A stretch of 64,000 nucleotides of DNA from Sphyrna mokarran. Its lineage: Eukaryota. Location: NCBI GenBank assembly GCA_024679065.1, contig JAGIQG010000007.1, positions 98,332,001-98,396,000 on the forward strand, given 5' to 3'. A model generated the notes under the pieces. That model did not search any database, was not told the DNA's origin, and saw only the letters and a list, made by a program, of their open reading frames with translations. A program made the position numbers and the translations under genes. Numbering within the stretch: position 1 is the first letter of the stretch; each line of letters starts with the position of its first letter. Of the stretch, positions 11,838 through 25,568 are shown in pieces.

Positions 11838-11959
11838 TTACTGACTCAAATCAGCCCCTGGTCAAGTCACAAATTCATTTTAAAATTCTCATTTTTAATT
11901 CCTTCCATGGCCTTGCCCATCCCTTTCTCTAATCTTCTCCATCCTGAGAATCCTTCAAA

Positions 11960-12309
11960 GAGAGTATCCTAGTGCTTCACGTCGTTAGTGTACGCTTGAC
12001 TTGGACCATTTGATGGGCAACACGACAGCTCAGTGACTATCGCTGTGCTGTGCAGATACATGGATTTGGGCCTGTGTCTGTGAAGTTTGCACATTCTCCA
12101 GGTGCTCCGATTTCCTCCCACATTCCAAAGATGTGCTCTTAGGCTAATTGGCAAGAGAAATTCTCCCTAAATAGTCTCAAATTTGGTTTTTAATCCATAG
12201 ATCTATAAATATGGACAGGGATCATGGGTAGAGGTGGAAACATTGCGGTGGCGGTGCGGGCTCGTTGGGCCGAAGGGCCTGTTTCCCGTGCTGTTTTGTT
12301 CTTTGATAA
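11960..12309 (+). mobile_element. V-SINE variant with extended atypical head
   Basis: V-domain plus CR1-type tail; nearly identical to the reverse complement of 34972-35349. Confidence 0.85.
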
Positions 12310-12409
12310 CATTGCTCCTCTAATTCTGTTCTCCTGAATAACCCTAACTTTAATTGGTAAACGTACCTTTATTTGCCAAAGCCCTGCAGCATTGAAATAC
12401 CCTCCACTT

Positions 12410-12755
12410 ATTGAAACATATAAGATGATTAGAGGTTTAGATAGGGTGGACAGTGATAGCCTTTTTCCTAGGATGGAGAAAGCTAGCATGAGGGGACATA
12501 GCTTTAAATTAAGGGGTGGTAGTTATAGGACGGATGTCAGAGGTAGGTTCTTTACCCAGAGGGTGGTAAGGGTATGGAATGCCCTGCCTGCGGCAGTTGT
12601 AGATGCGCCAAGTTTGGTGGCGTTTAAGAGGTTAGTAGATAAGTTTATGGACGAAAAGGGAATGGAGTAGGTTCGAGGGTCATTGCTTTTTCCTAATTGG
12701 TCGGCGCAACATCAAAGGCCGAAGGGCCTATTCTGCGCTGTAATGTTCTATGTTC
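12410..12755 (+). mobile_element. CR1 LINE 3' end
   Basis: ORF LIETYKMIRGLDRVD...FFTQRVVRVWNALP, then a 3' UTR ending tgttctatgttc. Confidence 0.93.
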
Positions 12756-13058
12756 TTCTCTACTTTCTTTCCTCCTTTGAGGCACTTCTTAAAAACTACC
12801 ACTTTGGCTGGGTATTTGATCATCTTATCTAATACCTCCTTATGTGATTCAGTATCGTACTTCATTTTATAATGCTCCTGTGAAATGCTTTGGGACATTT
12901 CATTATATTAAAGAGACAAGCTAAGTGCTGATGTTGAATTATCTTAAGCCCAAAGACGTCCCACCAGAATTTTCAATAGTCCTTTTGTCAAATCAACTCT
13001 CAATCCATCACTGAAAAATGAGTATTTGAGATATTGAAGATCTCAGTCTGGGGTGAAA

Positions 13059-13078
13059 GAGAGAGAGAGAGAGAGAGA
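13059..13078. repeat. (GA)10 microsatellite
   Basis: Read directly from the sequence. Confidence 0.95.
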
Positions 13079-13189
13079 CACAACAAAAGAGTAAGAGGAA
13101 TAACATTTACAACTACAACTTCATAAAAAATGAAAATTAAATGCAAGACAATTCGAATTAATCACAACACACATGAAAATGTAACTTAC

Positions 13190-13281
13190 ACATTCTTCCT
13201 TTCTAAATTCTGTAAGTTTCCTTTCAGATTGTTGTATGCTGATGCTCTTGCTTTTAGATCATTATCAATCTGTGATACTTG
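13190..13281 (-). CDS. ATP6V1C1: ATP6V1C1 exon 6
   Basis: 92 nt encoding [30 protein letters not shown](V); tacag acceptor and gtaagt donor. Confidence 0.97.
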
Positions 13282-14967
13282 CTGTAAATTTGCAAACATA
13301 TGACAAGTTAATGGATGCTTCTGTTCAAGTCACGCCAGTACAGTGCACAAGTAAAAATCTTCTGCACAATCTAGAAATCAATTATGCTAAGATTCAATGG
13401 GCAAACGGAAGCTAGCCCCTTTTCACAAACACAACTAGGATTTCATTAGTCTACTATTTACTTAAACTTCTCTCCAAAACTCTCAAACTCAGGCCTACAC
13501 AGAAAATTAGCTGAATTAAATTTTAAATTGGCAACAATTATGATTTTAGTATACTTAAAAGGGACAAGAATTTAACCCAGCAGCACATATTCCTCCAGTG
13601 CCAGCCTGCATATTAACATCCAATGGTTTAACGAGCATACTTGTATCTCTGTTTTGCTATATGTTCACATTTGCTTTATGTATCCCATCTTTAAATATAC
13701 CTCATTCACCAACTTTAAGTTCCCAATGTCATTTCAAAATCTGTTCTGAGCTCCCCCCATCAGGACGGTGCCACATGTAATCTCCGCACACTATTTCAGC
13801 TTCTTTCCGTTCTGACTCGCACCTCATTTATAATCCACACTCCCTTTCTGTCTTCAACCAGAGTCTCAAGTCATCTTGGCCCCAAACTCCTGTGGCTTAC
13901 TACCCTCCTCTTTAAACACCTCATTGAATATCATCTCATCAGCTATCTATAACATTTGATATTAATCTGGTGTGTTTCTTTGGCTGATAGTGGAGTGAGA
14001 AGGGAACTATTAATAATATGTATCCTTGCTCTCAGAGATGTACATTGAAAAAATATTGGATATACGACTTTAAATTAAGAGTACAAGCTATCAGAACAAC
14101 ATATTTTGTGTGTATGATTTCCTCTTAAAGTATATTCTAGACTTGTGGAGAACAATAAAGTTTTGAGAAATAAATTGAAGATTCCACCAAAAATCGAGGT
14201 TTTCCCAGGGATTGCCTATTGCTAAGAAAAAAAGCAATTTTTGAAAAAAATTGAAACACTTGCAAAAGGACTCAATTGAAGTTAAACTGAATTTTGAAAT
14301 ATTGTTGGGGGTAAAGACATCTATCAAAGCTTTTCATCTTGCACTTTCAGAATAGCTTACAAATAGTTTACAATTTTAATAGAGGAACAACAATTTATAC
14401 CATTGAGAAGAGTGCCAATTGGTAGGCAAGTGAACTCAGATTGGTAGAGGTGTTGCATGGAACAGTTAACTGTCCAGCTTTTAAGTCACTCAGTTCAACA
14501 GCAATTAGGAATGGGCAATAAATGCCAGCTGTCAAGAAAATATTGACAGTGTGAAGATACCAGGGAAATCTGAAAAACTGATATACATTCTGATAATTAT
14601 ACTTTAAAAACTGTGGGAAAATGCAAGTTAATTAAGGCAGAGACAGCATGGCTGCATTGATGGAACTAGCACCTTTGACATGTTAATGCTTTCAGCAGCA
14701 CTGCAAACAGATATTTACCTAACGTGGGCGAAACAACATGAAATGGGTTTGAATAAGATGTTAAAAGTTCAAAAAGGAAGACTTACAAGTTGCAGAAAAC
14801 TTCATAAAGTGAACGTACATTGCTGTTGTACTTCACCCCTCATTTCTTAACTTGAACTTTTAAGTCCGGATTCTAACGCAAGTCAGGTCAGATAAGGGAA
14901 GATCAAAGGGGAGAACTGTATTTAAGGAGATGATTAAACCTGTAACAAGGGATGTTTTTCATCATCT

Positions 14968-15210
14968 TAGAATCATAAAATCTCTATGGTGGAGAAGAGG
15001 CCATTTGGGCTATCAAACCTGCACTGACAACAATCGCACCCAGGCCCTATTCCCTGTAACCTCATATTTACTTTGCTAATTTCCCTGACACTAAGCAGCA
15101 ACTGAGCAATCATCCTAACTCGCATATCTTTGAACTCCGGTAGAAAACCAGAGCAACTGAAGGAAACTTAAATAAAGACAGGGAAGAGTGTACAAACTCC
15201 ACACAGACAC
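14968..15210 (-). mobile_element. HE1-like V-SINE (5' truncated)
   Basis: Reverse-complement tail, body and V-domain ending aaactccacacagaca. Confidence 0.8.
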
Positions 15211-17568
15211 ATTATACCTCAGCTAACAGTGGGAATAGCTATTTAACTCGCAGCAAGCAACACCTATGAAGAAAGCAAGTCTTGAAAAGCAAGCTCTTTA
15301 TTTCACCTCAGAAACAACCCCAAACACATGTAAATGCCTGATTTGGTAACCGTTACTGGATTCTTACAGATTTTGAAATATGTCATGGAATGATTTGGGG
15401 CAAGTTCCCCCCAAAGAAAATAAGAATGTTAAAAACTGTTTAAAAATTAGTGATAGTGAGTACAGACATCTTCATTAAGTGTTCTTCTAGTTTATTTTAT
15501 TGTTTTTTCCCTAATTAACATTTATTTTATCACACAAGACAACTGGGATATGATTTTCTGGGTTTCAAACCTTTGCTCACATAACAAATTGCAAAACTAT
15601 AGTTGTTTCAAGTTTCCCTTCTGTGATTTGGAACAATTCAGCATTTACCTTCAGCCACGTCCTTAACACAGCCTAAACAGCAGCATTCACATCCTGTCAA
15701 TGAATAAAAGCCTCTGAACATTTGATGATTATTAAATTCCAATTAAAAATAGTTCCGCTGGGATTGAAGAAAAAAAACTTAGCAATTGGTTTAAAATGCC
15801 ACAATAATTAGAAAAGTTTGGACACAATCTAATCGAATAGAGACAAAATTGATGAATACAAGACCATCACAGAACTTAGTCAAGGCATCCAACAAATAAA
15901 AAATTGTGAAATTGTATTAATGCCTTTAACCTGACAACTTGAATAAAATTCAAATAGGAACAGAGCAGGATCAAAATGAAGGAACATTTTTTAGTACATG
16001 CAATGGACTAATAATTCAAGAGTTTTAGACACACCCTTTCCACAATGAACATAGCTGCAAGTGCAAAACATGAGATTTGCAAAGTGCTTTACAGAAGTGG
16101 CCATTATGTTGAATATTGCATAACTGTTGAGCAATAAAATCCAACACAGCAAAATAAAAAAATTTGATTTTGAAGTCTTGTCTTGTGGGAGAAAATAAAT
16201 TGCACAATTCTTTCAATACTGTTCTAGAGCTTTATATTTCAATCCATCCTAAATATATGGAAAAGAATCTGAGACTGAAGTTTAGAACCAAACAGGATGC
16301 ATGTAATGGTATCTATTCAGTCATGTGCAATCACAACAAGAAGTTTTGAAAAAACAAAACTTGAAAAATATCCTTGTGATGATCAGACTGAATCCATTAG
16401 CTGACAAAGTCAGAAATGATATAATCGCCTTCAATTCGATCGCTTAGCAAAACAAATTAATTCAAGAAAATAAGTACCACGCTGACACTACTGCTGGGAA
16501 AGGTCATAGATAGTTGATACTGAATTTTACATGACAGAACTGCATCATGCTCAATTGTCACAATTAGTGGTTCTCTTATCCTTAAATATAAAAATGCTCT
16601 GGGGCGTGGTGGGGGGAGGGAAAACCTGGGCAAACTTTTCTGTGTGTTAAAAACATAGTTGAAACTATCTTTTTAAAAACTCCCCCTCTCCTGAAAAGGG
16701 TGAACTCATCTGCAATGATCATTAACGTGGTAACTGCAGGACTAACTGGTGATCTTCATGCTGCACTCAACATTTCCTTCCTAGCTGAAATGGTCAGTCC
16801 ATTCTGTGCTATACATGTGGCAAACAGACTCTGCTAACACTGCACTCATTGACTGTCTCACACAATGAGCTGAGTGAGCACTTCCATATTATTCCAAGCT
16901 CCTCCCTTGTAGAGTCTCCCAGGCAGGGGTCCACAGACCCTAGTTTTAGGACCACTAGTTTCACCATTGACATGCAACCCATTCAGTACTTTCAAGAACA
17001 TCTCATCTACATCAACATCAGCCATTACAAACAAGGACTCTCTGAAAGATTTGCAGCATAAAAGATTCATACCAAACTAAATTTTAACTCTACTGTTGTT
17101 AGAGAGTGTGGGCATGCTAAAAAGTGGCAAGCTTTAATCAATAGCTGTTAGCTATGCACCATTTTAAAATCATTAAAATGTAAAGTTATCAACAAGGTTA
17201 CAGTTTATAAAACGACATGCGTTGCCAATTATTCTTTCCCTTCATGTCACCACTACTCTGCATTTAACATCAACAAAGTGATGTATTACCAAAGCATCTT
17301 CACATCTCAAATATGGATTTAACAGTTACACGTATTCCTTAATCATACTACAGAAGAATAATCCCTCCACAACGAAACAATATAGAATATATTCTGCCCA
17401 CAAGTTTTCCAAGTGATTCTAATAATTACAAAATTTAAAAAAAAAAATCAATGATCTTTATCTGGCCTGAAAAAATTTACACACAAGATGGCTAGGAATT
17501 TGGGCTGAGTGCAGAATTGGTTCCAAAGCCACATTATTACGTTCCAAAAAATTTAAAACAATACCAAC

Positions 17569-17663
17569 CTTTGTAATGATTTCAGAAATGTTTTTCAAAG
17601 ACTGCTTAATTGGATATTTTGCCATGTCCCACTGAAACCTTGTGATATAGGTAACCAAGTCAA
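17569..17663 (-). CDS. ATP6V1C1: ATP6V1C1 exon 5
   Basis: 95 nt encoding (V)[31 protein letters not shown]; poly-T/ag acceptor and gttggt donor. Confidence 0.97.
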
Positions 17664-18769
17664 CTAAAAAAAAAACAGAAATTTGATTATTAACATTTTT
17701 AAAAACAAAAGATTTTTTTATGCTTTTGTTTCAAAAAAGCAATGGTTAATGAAAACAAATAAATGGACCAAGTTTGACACTGGTAAATAATCTAATTTGT
17801 GCAAATCCCACTTGATAATTCAAGAGAATCAAAAACGAACAGTGAACAAAAATAATTCAGTTTCTACCCACAGCTGAAATATTTTGTGTGTACACCCATC
17901 ACATGTTAATACACACGAAGTAATCAAGACTTCAGTTTTTTTTTTAATTGTTTTATTTTTCAAATAAAGATTATTTAAATCAAAAACATTATATAGAGAA
18001 AAAAACTCCTGGTGTTTGGACATGAATTCTTTCCCACCTAGTGGTTTCACAAATTTTAACTTTATAAGCAAGGCACAGAATCAGAATTGTTACACTGCAG
18101 GAGAAGGACATGTGGCCCTTCATGTCTCTGAATGAGCATTGTGATTAATACCATTCCCCCATCCTTTCCCCATACCCTTGTACACTTTCTATTCAAATAA
18201 TCACCTAATGCCCTGTTGAATGCCTCAATTGAACCAGCCTGCACCACACAACACATCCCAATGTGCTTTACCACCAATTGAGTACTTTTCACGAATGAAA
18301 TATGGCAGCCAAGTGACATGAGATTCCACAAACAACCTGGTGACTGATAATTACCTGGTAAACCTCTTTCTTTACAGGTGTAGGTTAAGAGTTGAAGCTT
18401 AGCCAGGACTAAAGAAGAACTCCTTTGCCCTTGGAAATAATGCTATAAAGATCTTTCATACCCAACATTGGTACATTACAACAGTAACCAAACGTAAAGT
18501 ATTGAATCACTGGAAAACATTTGGGATGTTTTGTATAGTGCTATATGAATGCAAGTCTGTTTTTGATTGAAAGGACAGACAAGGCTTCAAAGCTCTCATC
18601 TGGGCTTGGGTCTGGCAGCTGAGCATTTCCTCAGTCCTACCTCAGATTGTCAATCTAGATTACATGGTGGAATGGAAGTAGAATCTGCAACCTCCAGATT
18701 CAGAGGCTAGAACATGACCACTGAATCACAACTGGCTAAGCAAGCTCGTATGACACATTCAAAAAGGCT

Positions 18770-19200
18770 TAATTTATGTAACGTCTCTCATAACTACTGG
18801 CCATCTCAAAGCAATTTACAGTCCTGAACTACTTTGAATGTGCAATTGCTGTAGTATTACAAAAAATCTGACAGCCAATTTAAACACAGCAAGCTCCAAA
18901 CATCAACGTGACAATGACCAGATAATTTGTTTTTGTCATGTTAATTGGGGGTTAAGTATTGGCCAGGATACTGCAGATAACTCACCTGCCCTTTTTTGAA
19001 ATAGTGCCACCAGATCTTTTAAATTAAGCCCTGTCTGTCTTTCAGTTTGATGTAAAGTCTTGCCCAAAAGATGGCACCTTAATTAGCACAGCCATTCCTC
19101 AGTGCTGCATTAAAGTGTCAGCCTTGTTTATGCTCATGTCCAAAAGTGGAATCTGAATCTAGAGACTTCTGACTCAGATTACTCACTCAGCCATGGCTGA
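18770..19200 (-). mobile_element. Deu-SINE (SacSINE1-like); related fragments at about 18290-18730, 34450-34740 and 43190-43370
   Basis: Recurrent motifs aatgaccagataat, tattggccaggat, gaaatagtgcc, aaagatggcacc and cctcagtgctgcattaaagtgtcagcct. Confidence 0.7.
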
Positions 19201-19354
19201 AATGAGATTAAAATATAATCCAAGATCAACTAGAAGTAATGGCTTCCACATAAGTGTGATGTAAGATCCTATTGCAAGCTACAGAGTTACTAATATAGAA
19301 GTGCATTCTTAAAATTAATGGTATTTGCCAATACTGAAGCTGACATAGGATGAT

Positions 19355-19662
19355 CATAGAGGACCCACAGTGCAGAAGGAAGCCATTCAGTCCACTGCGC
19401 CCACACCAACAACAATCCCACCCAGGCCTCTCCTCATAACCCACATACTTTCCCTAATAATCCCCCTGATATTAAGGGGTAATTTAGCATGTCCAATAAA
19501 CTGAACGCACATATTTCTGGACTGTGGGAGGAAACTTGAGCACCCAGAGGAAACCCATGCAGACACAGAGAGAACGTGCAAACTCCACAGAGCCACCCAA
19601 GCCAGGAATTAAACCCGGGTGCCTGGTGCTGAGAGGCAGCAGTGCTAATCACTATGTCACCG
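19355..19662 (-). mobile_element. HE1-like V-SINE
   Basis: ggactgtgggaggaaacttgagcacccagaggaaacccatgcagacacagagagaacgtgcaaactccaca plus tRNA head. Confidence 0.9.
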
Positions 19663-20344
19663 TGAATTTGGTTAACTATCACAATGACAGTCAACTACTA
19701 GGCAGATTCCCACTACAGCAAACATAAGCCAATATGGTACCAATTTTCAGAAAATGTGCCAAAATGGATTGCGCAAACATGTCAGTACAAAGAAAATTGA
19801 TGAGTTATATCTTTTTTCTTAATTCATTCATAGGTTGTGGATGTTGCTGGTCAGGCCAGCATTATTGCCCATCCCAATTGCTCTTGAAACAAAAATAATC
19901 CCACTTCTGACCTCATGATAGAGGGAAAGTCCTTGATGAAGAAGCTGAAAATGGTTGGGCCGAGGACACTACCTTGAGGAACTCCTGTAGCGATATCCTT
20001 GAACTGAGAAACTAACCTCCTACCAGAGGAGACCATCTTCTGTTGTGCTAAGTACAACTCCAAACAGTAGAGTCTTCCCTGATCATTATTGACTCCAGTT
20101 TGCTAGAACTCTCTGATGCAACATCTGGTCAATTAATGGCTTTAGGATATTGTGGAGCATCCGCAAGTCATAGGGTATCATGGGTAGCTGGTATAGAAAG
20201 GTAGTCACACCACAGGCTAAGACTCCACAGGCAGGACTACCAGACAGAGCAAGAAGACTATGTAGGTGATGCAGAAATTTCCTAAGACCATTCCTCTGAC
20301 AAAACAGGTATATCACTTCAGATAATTTTTTTTTTTAGGGGAAT

Positions 20345-21160
20345 GGGAAAGAGGCATTCGTAGGATGCAGAGCTGGGCTGAAAAGTGGTAGATGGAACTT
20401 AACCCTGATAAGTGCGAGGTGATTCATTTTGGTAGGACAAACTTGAATGCAAATTATAGGGTCAATGGCAAGCTTATGAGGCATATGGAGGAACAGAGAG
20501 ATCTTGGGGTTTATATTTACAGATCTCTGAAGATTGCCATTCAAGTGGATAGAGCTGTGAAAGCGGCTTATAGTGTGTTTGCGTTTATTAACGGGAGGAG
20601 TTGGAGTTTAAAAGTCGTGGAGTTATGCTGCAACTATACTGGATGTGGGTGAGACCCATTTGGAATATTGTGTTTGGTTCTGAGAAGTATGCAGAAGCAC
20701 TGGAGAGAAAGCAGATGAGATTTACCAGGATGCTGCCTGGTTGGAGAGTAGGTCTTATGAGGAAAGACTGAGGGAGCTGTGGCTTTTCTCTTTAGAGCGG
20801 AGGAGGATGAGAGGTGACTTAGAGGTTTAAGATGACGAGGGAGATAGATAGAGTGGACGTGCAGAGACTATTTCCTCCGGTGGATGTGGCTGTTACTAGA
20901 AGGCAGAACTATAAAGCTCATAGTGGGAGATATAGGAGGAATGTCCAAAATAGATTCTTCACTGTGTGATTGAGATGTGGAAGACACTGTCTGCTGTGAT
21001 AGTGGAGTCGGACACTTTAGGAACTTTCGAGCGGCTGTTCGATAGGCACATGGAGCACACCAGAATGATAGGGAGTGGGATAGTTTGATCTTGGATTTAG
21101 ACGTAGCTTGACAACCTTGAGGGCGAAGGGCCTATACTGTGCTGTACTGTTCTATGCCTG
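20345..21160 (+). mobile_element. CR1 LINE ORF2 3' fragment
   Basis: MELNPDKCEVIHFGRTN...EQRDLGV...; ends ctgtgctgtactgttctatg. Confidence 0.92.
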
Positions 21161-21229
21161 TCTATGGTCTCTCAGAGGAAAGCAGCAATAACCAAATTTG
21201 TGCACCAATTTGCTCTACTGCACAGGGGA

Positions 21230-22410
21230 GGAGTAAAAATTGTGGGAATACAATATTATAGGGAATTCAATTGCAAGAGGAATAGACAGACATTTGTGGC
21301 CATCAGGATGGTATGTTGCCTCCCTGATGCTGAGGTCAAGGATGTCTCAGAGTAACTAGAGAACATTCTGAAGAGGGAGGGTGAATAGCAAGTGGTTGTT
21401 CAACACATTGGTACAAATTACATAGATCCTAAAAGGCATGAAGTTCTAAAAGGTGTGAGGTCACGATATATTTGAATGATTTACATAAGGGAACTAAACG
21501 TAATATCTCCAAATTTGCAGATGACAAAACTGGATGAACAGGTGAGCTGGGGAAGATACAAAAATGCGTGTGAGATTTGGACAAGTCGACTGAGTGGGCA
21601 AACGATTGACAGATGCAGCATCATTTGGATAAGTGAGAGATTATTCACTTTGTAGCAAAAATGGGAAGATGTTAACAAGTCAAATTAGGAGGGGAACGTG
21701 CAAACAAAACCTAGGTGTCCGTGTACACAAGTCAATAAAGTAAGTTGGCAGGTGCAGCAGAAACAGCAAAAGGCAAATGGCACATTGGTCTTCATAGCAA
21801 GAGGATTTGAGTGTCAAAGCAGGGATGTCTTGCTGCCTTTATACAGGGTCTCAGAGATTGCACTTGGAACATTGTATGGAGTTTTGGTCTCCTTATCGGA
21901 GGAAGGACGCTCTTTGCTCTAGAGGGAGTGCAGCGATTGTTTACCAGACTGATTGCTGGGTAAAGGGACTAATGTAAGAGGAGAGATTGAGTCAGTTAGG
22001 GTTGTATTTGCTGGAGTTCAGATGAATGACAGGGGTGGGGGGGTTGAACAGAAATTAATTAATTCTAACAGGACTGGACAGGATAAATGCAAGGATAATG
22101 TTCCTGATGGTGGGGATGTCCAGAACCAAAGAACACAATATGAGGAGGCAGAGTAGACCATATAGGACAGAGATGAGGAGAAATTTCTTCAACAAGGAAA
22201 TGGTCAGCCTGTGGCATTTGCTGGCACAGAAAGTAGTTGAAGCCAAAACACTGTTTACAAGAAACATTTAGATATAGCTCTTGGGGCAAAGCTAATCATA
22301 CATTATGGAGGGAAAGCAGTTAGATGATCAGCTATGATCAGAATGAATGGCAGAGCAGGCTCAAGGAGCCAAATGGCATGCTCCTACTCCTATTTGCTAT
22401 GTTTCTGTAA
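21230..22410 (+). mobile_element. Degenerate CR1 with ORF1 esterase remnant and ORF2 3' part
   Basis: MVCCLPDAEVKDVSE*LENILKREGE..VVQHIGTN (SGNH-type ORF1), then ISKFADDK and 3' UTR aaatggcatgctcctactcctat. Confidence 0.8.
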
Positions 22411-22930
22411 TCAATAGGAAATCTATGAAGTGACAAATAGTCCCATTCTTACACCATTCAACTAAAAGAAATCATGACAAAGTAACATTTTTATGAAAGT
22501 GTAATGGGGTTTCCAAACTGATTAATTTCATAATTATTATGAAACATCCTCAATGGCTCTGAAAGCTGATTGTGTTGTTTAATTTCAAATTTCTCCACAT
22601 GATAAAAAGTCTCGTTTTAATTCTTTTAATTAACTTTATTTCAGCATTCATCTTAAGCCAATTATTTATTTTGCTAACTGAAAACTCAAAGGATACAAAG
22701 GGATTTGAACTTCCAGGTTTGCAATATCTGAAAACCTAAAAGTGATCAGCTGCTGGTTGCCAAAGTGACTAATTGCTGCATGCCAAGAGATCACCCAATT
22801 TGACGGGAGATTTGACTTGTCATCAAGAAATGGGAAAAGGCACACCAGAGATCATTAAATGTTTTTGAGGAGCTTGAGGTTATCAATGAATGCTGTCTTT
22901 TGTCTCTGATGCAAAATTTAACCCATTAAA

Positions 22931-24550
22931 TGTCATAAAAATGTAGGAGTATTACACAAGGAAGAAACAAACCCGGGTATCAGAAGTTTACCATGCTATA
23001 GAGTTAAAACAATTTAATATGATGAAAATATTTTAATACTTTTCAAACGATTGCTTTGGTTCATGTAAATGCTGAGTATTGACTAATTATTGAGGCCAAA
23101 GGATTCAGGTGTAAAAAGAAAGCATTTGAATTAAAATGAACCAAATTAATGTTCTACAAGTGAAAACAATGAGTAGAAATTTCCATCAGGAGATAAGTGA
23201 AGTTGGTTTTTAGCTCTTGAATTTCAAAGGGAAGAAAGAAAGAAAGAATTTAGAATTTAAAGAAAGATCATAAGTAAACTTGAAAAAGATCAAGTCTTAT
23301 GACCAAAGGGATAGAGCAATAAGGAACATGGAAGATTTTTATAATTTTAAAAGTCAAATTTGGAGATATATTGCAAACAATAGTCTAACAGAAAAGAAAA
23401 AAAATTGAGAAGGTTGGAAGCTATGTAACTGTGTGGCCAAGTCAGGTCATTAAGAAGGCACTGCGCTGAGACAGAACTGAGGAAATGAAGGGAGCAATCG
23501 TCAGCTATCCCAGAGAAGTGCCAGTTTGTTCTGAAAAGGCTTTGTTTAAAGCCTTGGATTTCATCAGCTGATTGAGCAAGAGAGGTAGAGAGAAGAGCTC
23601 CATTACACATTCCTAGATCAATAGAGAGTTGTCCCTGCAGTAATGCACCTGGAATTTGTTTTATACACTATGCCTGTAAGCACTGTTTCCTATAAGGGTG
23701 TTTATTTGAGTATAATTTGTGACATTAAAAAAACTCTACACTAAAGTCATGTTCTCTCCAGCTATAAGTGGTTTTGGTTTCATTGCTGCCAGGCCATCTA
23801 CTAGGAGTCCTTTTATGCTCCTATAGTAGTTTAAATGTTTATTTTTTACTCTGGGATATTTTATGACCCTGCATTGTTAGGAGAAAGGTTGTGTGTTTTG
23901 GTCAGTTTTTCTGTCCTCGTGAATTTAAGGTTTCATTTTCCATTTTGGCTGGCTGCAGTTTTTAATCTTAGAAGAGGCATCAAGCTGAAAAGTGTTTCTA
24001 TCTCTCCATGCTTTTGGAAATTACGCTGAAACCAAGCTTTCTTGCCTTCTTGGAGTAGAACATCTGCTGTTAGTGGCTTGGCTGATGTTAGTGTTTCCCT
24101 GATGTTCTGAGAAGCTGTTCTGAGTGTGCCCACGGGGTTGCTAGAAGTTAAAAGGTTGAGAAATCAGGATTTTCAATTCCCCAACCAAAGGACTCAATTC
24201 CAGTATCACCTGAGCATAAGTCTTTGCTGTGTTAAACTTGTGGAAAGGGTTTTTTTGTCTATTCAAGTTTTTATTTAATTAGAACATCTCAACCTATTTG
24301 TTAAGGGTTATCATCGTGGTTTTGTTTTTGGCTGTAATTGATAAACATTATTGCTAATTTCCTTACTATACATGTTAATTATATTCTTAAATAAACTTTT
24401 AATTAAACTTGTTTAATTAAAGCTTCTTAGTGAGTTATTTGAATCCTACCTGAAGTGAAACATATCATGCTTGCCTTAGCCAAATTCAAAGTGCAAAACT
24501 TATTGTCCAGATGGGCTTCATAAAATAAGTTTCTGACCTGAATTGTAACA
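22931..24550 (+). mobile_element. Possible solo LTR
   Basis: ~1.6 kb free of SINE/LINE motifs, with aataaa at about 24389 and ending ...tgtaaca; candidate TG start at 22931 or 22942; no clean target-site duplication seen. Confidence 0.35.
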
Positions 24551-25568
24551 AACCAATTATGAATCTTTTGCAGCAGTGTTCTGCAAGAGTAATGTTAACT
24601 GTGTAAATATAATGTGTGTTCGAAGATTCAATATTTTTTTTATTTAAAATCTTCAAAATTTGTTAATGGAACTTGAGACTTATGACTTCAGCACATGTAG
24701 TTTCTTTTAGTAAAATACAAATTGAAATTTATTGTGATGCTTGCTAAGCTTCCCTTTGGGATTTGGTTAGCACAGCAATTACCACCTGCCAGATCATAAG
24801 TGAGAAACTGGAACAGGGAATTAGATGTTGTACTTAAGTAACAATCAACAGAACAAATATAATTTTGAATTATGCAACCAGAACAGACAGTAAAATTTAT
24901 TGAGGTCAATCTAGACAGACTACAAGTAAATCTGATCTACTGTTTTTCTATGACTGATCCAAATTCAAATATAGCAGTACGCAGAGCATATCAGCAAAGT
25001 AAAAGTGCAATTTAGAACTGATGTCAGCAAGTTTTCCCACAGAAAATAATCAAGAGGTGAACGAGATTTCAGGATAAAAAAGTGGAGACAAGAACTCTGG
25101 AACTGAATATTTGTGGCTCCAGCTGCAGTTTGTCGAGAAGTAGAAGAGTTAGGATGGACAAAATGGTTTTCCTTTTCCATCTAACTTGTATAAAAGCTTG
25201 ATCAACAGTCATGAAGACTTCATTCAACTATAAAATTAAACAGTATGTAGGAATAGAGTCAAGCAATCTTTAGCTAGAATCTTGGAAACCAAACTTCATA
25301 TTTCAGTAAGTTGGAAAATTGAAATAGGAGCACAGATAACCAAGTTCTTTAAGTTGACAAGTTATAGTACAAGAACTCAGCTGTGTGAAAAATTGTCTTA
25401 ATTCCATACAAAAAGATCAAAGGTAGGCAACATGTCATTGCTATACATCATTCAACATCTGCACGTAGAAATTCAGCATGAAATAATTTACAATAAGCTC
25501 TTAACATTAGAATGGCAATATAAATCAATTGTTTGAAAACACAGAATTGAAGTCCAGTAATAGAATTT

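Noticed and set aside
16840-17060. RTE-like LINE remnant
   Set aside because: Only a faint resemblance; too decayed to call.
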